A stretch of 64,000 nucleotides of DNA from Dipteris shenzhenensis (taxonomy: Eukaryota). The stretch is from NCBI GenBank assembly GCA_047967505.1, contig CM106538.1. One strand, given 5' to 3'. Positions 62,320-64,000 of this stretch are shown in pieces; position 1 is the first letter of the stretch, and every line of letters starts with the position of its first letter. The translations under genes were made by a program, and so were the position numbers. Below the pieces are notes generated by a model. It saw only the letters and a program-made list of their open reading frames with translations, had not been told where the DNA came from and ran no database searches.

Positions 62320-64000
62320 CTAGATAATGTAACCTTCCTCCCATATGTGTGCATCGGCATATATGTTTGCCATCAAGACATATAGTGTAGAAAGTTGTTC
62401 ATCTAATCCAACCGCACTTTGAAAGGCCCACCTTCCAAGCCCGACATTCTTCCACTTTTGACAAGCACCCATTACGGTCAACCAGACAATAGTGTTAGGT
62501 TGAAAAGGCATCTTCTCCACTACAGACACCGCCTTCTCCAATTGGCCTGAACGGCCGAGGAGATCAATCATGCAAGTATAGTGCTCAATCATCGGGATAA
62601 TGCCATATTGTTGGCTGATAGCCTGAAAGTATTCTAAGCCCTTCTCCACTAGACCTACATGACTGCATACAGTTAGAACACTCAAAAAGGTCACCCCATC
62701 TGGCTGCATGCCTTTAAGGCTCATTCTCTCCAACAAAGAAAAAACAGGTTCACTCTCTCCCTGGTAGGCATACCCTGCAATCAATGCATTCCATTGTACA
62801 ACCTCCCTTGTAGGCATTGCATTAAACAAGTTATGAGCATCAACCATGCTTGCACACTTAGCATACATGTCAATAAGACTGGTTGCCACAATTGTGATAG
62901 TCTCAGAACCAACCCTGCTAGCTTGAGAATGAAGTTTCTTTCCAGTTTCCAGAGCTGCCGTGTAGGCACATGCTTTCAGGATAGCGACAAAGGTCACGCT
63001 GTCTGGTGACAGACCTTGCTCTTGCATCTGTGCATAAAGTTTAGAAGCCTCCTCACCTTCTGTCATTTGAGCATACCCTACAATCATGGTGGTCCACAAG
63101 ATCACATCACGATCGGGCAATACATCAAAGACACGCCGTGCATCCTCCATACTGCCACATTTGGTATATATATCGACCAACACAGTTCCAAGAAATACAT
63201 CGAGCTCAAGGCCACTCTTTACTATTTGGGAGTGGATGGCTCTACCTTTTACCAGGCACCCTGCTTTCACAAACTTGCCCTTGACTTGCTTCCCCTCTTC
63301 TAGTGCTGTCAGGCTACCACAAGCTTTCAAAGCACCAACAAAAGTTTGTGAATTTGCTTTGACACCATCAAGGTACATCCGTGCATACAACTCCAAAGCT
63401 GGCGCACTGTCTTCTTGCTCGGCATACCCCAAAATTATGGTAGTCCATGTAACCACATCACGACGAGGCAAATCATCAAAGACGCATTGTGCATCCTCCA
63501 TGCTCCCAAGTTTCACATACATGTCAACTAAGGCTGTTCCTACAAATAAATCTGACTCAAAGCCTCTCCCTATTATTTGGGACTGGATAGCTCTTCCTTT
63601 TTTGAGGCACGCTGTTTTCAACAATCTCCAGTCAACTTGCTTGCTCTCGTCCACTACTACTAGACTGCTGCAAGCCTTCAGTGCACCAACAAAGGTTCGC
63701 TGATCTGCACTGACACCTTCCTGGTGCACCTGTGTATACAATGCTAAAGCCAGTGCACTGTAATTTTGCTCAGCATAACCCAGGATCATGATGTTCCAAG
63801 TCATAACAGGATGATCAGGCAACTCGTCAAAGACCCTCTGTGCATCCTCCATGCTGCCACTTTTTGAGTACATATCCACTAATGCTGTTCCCACGAATAG
63901 ATCTACTTCAAAGCCCCTCTTAATTACCTGGGAGTGTATGGCTCTACCTTTCACGAAGCACCCTGTTTCTTGAGATTTCCGATCACCTTGATTCCCCTCT
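62320..64000 (-). CDS. PLS-class PPR protein with E domain (organellar RNA-editing-factor type); 5' end outside the window
   Basis: Frame open to the window edge. P-L-S triplets (DLFVGTALVDMY.K.GSMEDA..VFD; DVVTW..II.GYA), P2-L2-S2 (EHYTCMIDLLGRSG), E motifs (PNTIVWLTVMGAC, YVLMANIYA). Confidence 0.95.
   Translation of the reverse strand, partial: EGNQGDRKSQETGCFVKGRAIHSQVIKRGFEVDLFVGTALVDMYSKSGSMEDAQRVFDELPDHPVMTWNIMILGYAEQNYSALALALYTQVHQEGVSADQRTFVGALKACSSLVVVDESKQVDWRLLKTACLKKGRAIQSQIIGRGFESDLFVGTALVDMYVKLGSMEDAQCVFDDLPRRDVVTWTTIILGYAEQEDSAPALELYARMYLDGVKANSQTFVGALKACGSLTALEEGKQVKGKFVKAGCLVKGRAIHSQIVKSGLELDVFLGTVLVDIYTKCGSMEDARRVFDVLPDRDVILWTTMIVGYAQMTEGEEASKLYAQMQEQGLSPDSVTFVAILKACAYTAALETGKKLHSQASRVGSETITIVATSLIDMYAKCASMVDAHNLFNAMPTREVVQWNALIAGYAYQGESEPVFSLLERMSLKGMQPDGVTFLSVLTVCSHVGLVEKGLEYFQAISQQYGIIPMIEHYTCMIDLLGRSGQLEKAVSVVEKMPFQPNTIVWLTVMGACQKWKNVGLGRWAFQSAVGLDEQLSTLYVLMANIYADAHIWEEGYII

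Noticed and set aside
63086-63703. 205-aa plus-strand ORF
   Set aside because: Antisense shadow of the PPR coding sequence.

Overview
Eukaryotic, TE-rich land-plant nuclear DNA, most likely from a fern or another seed-free vascular plant. This is inferred from the PLS-PPR style, the long AG/AT microsatellites and the TE types. Apparently intact host genes: two divergently oriented, intronless DREB-subfamily AP2/ERF genes (24815-25522 minus; ~46059-47015 plus), a nuclear tRNA-Ile(AAT) between them, and the 3' part of a PLS-class PPR gene running off the right edge, followed by a decayed DYW-like remnant. The rest is mostly decayed mobile DNA: three Ty1/copia elements, an L1-type LINE carrying a MITE with a nested hairpin, a LINE 3' fragment containing a piece of copia integrase, a spliced Sola-like DDD transposase relic, LTR-like non-coding elements, a PPR pseudogene and many local duplications. 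The most notable signals are (i) a ~6 kb composite at ~47.3-53.6 kb in which a Helitron2-type HUH Rep relic is co-oriented with a ~390-codon decayed ORF ending in a clear GIY-YIG endonuclease, which the ORF track misses, and (ii) a copia element whose gag zinc-knuckle segment is inverted in place with loss of the protease. All domain calls come from motif recognition by eye; no database searches were run, and many boundaries are approximate.
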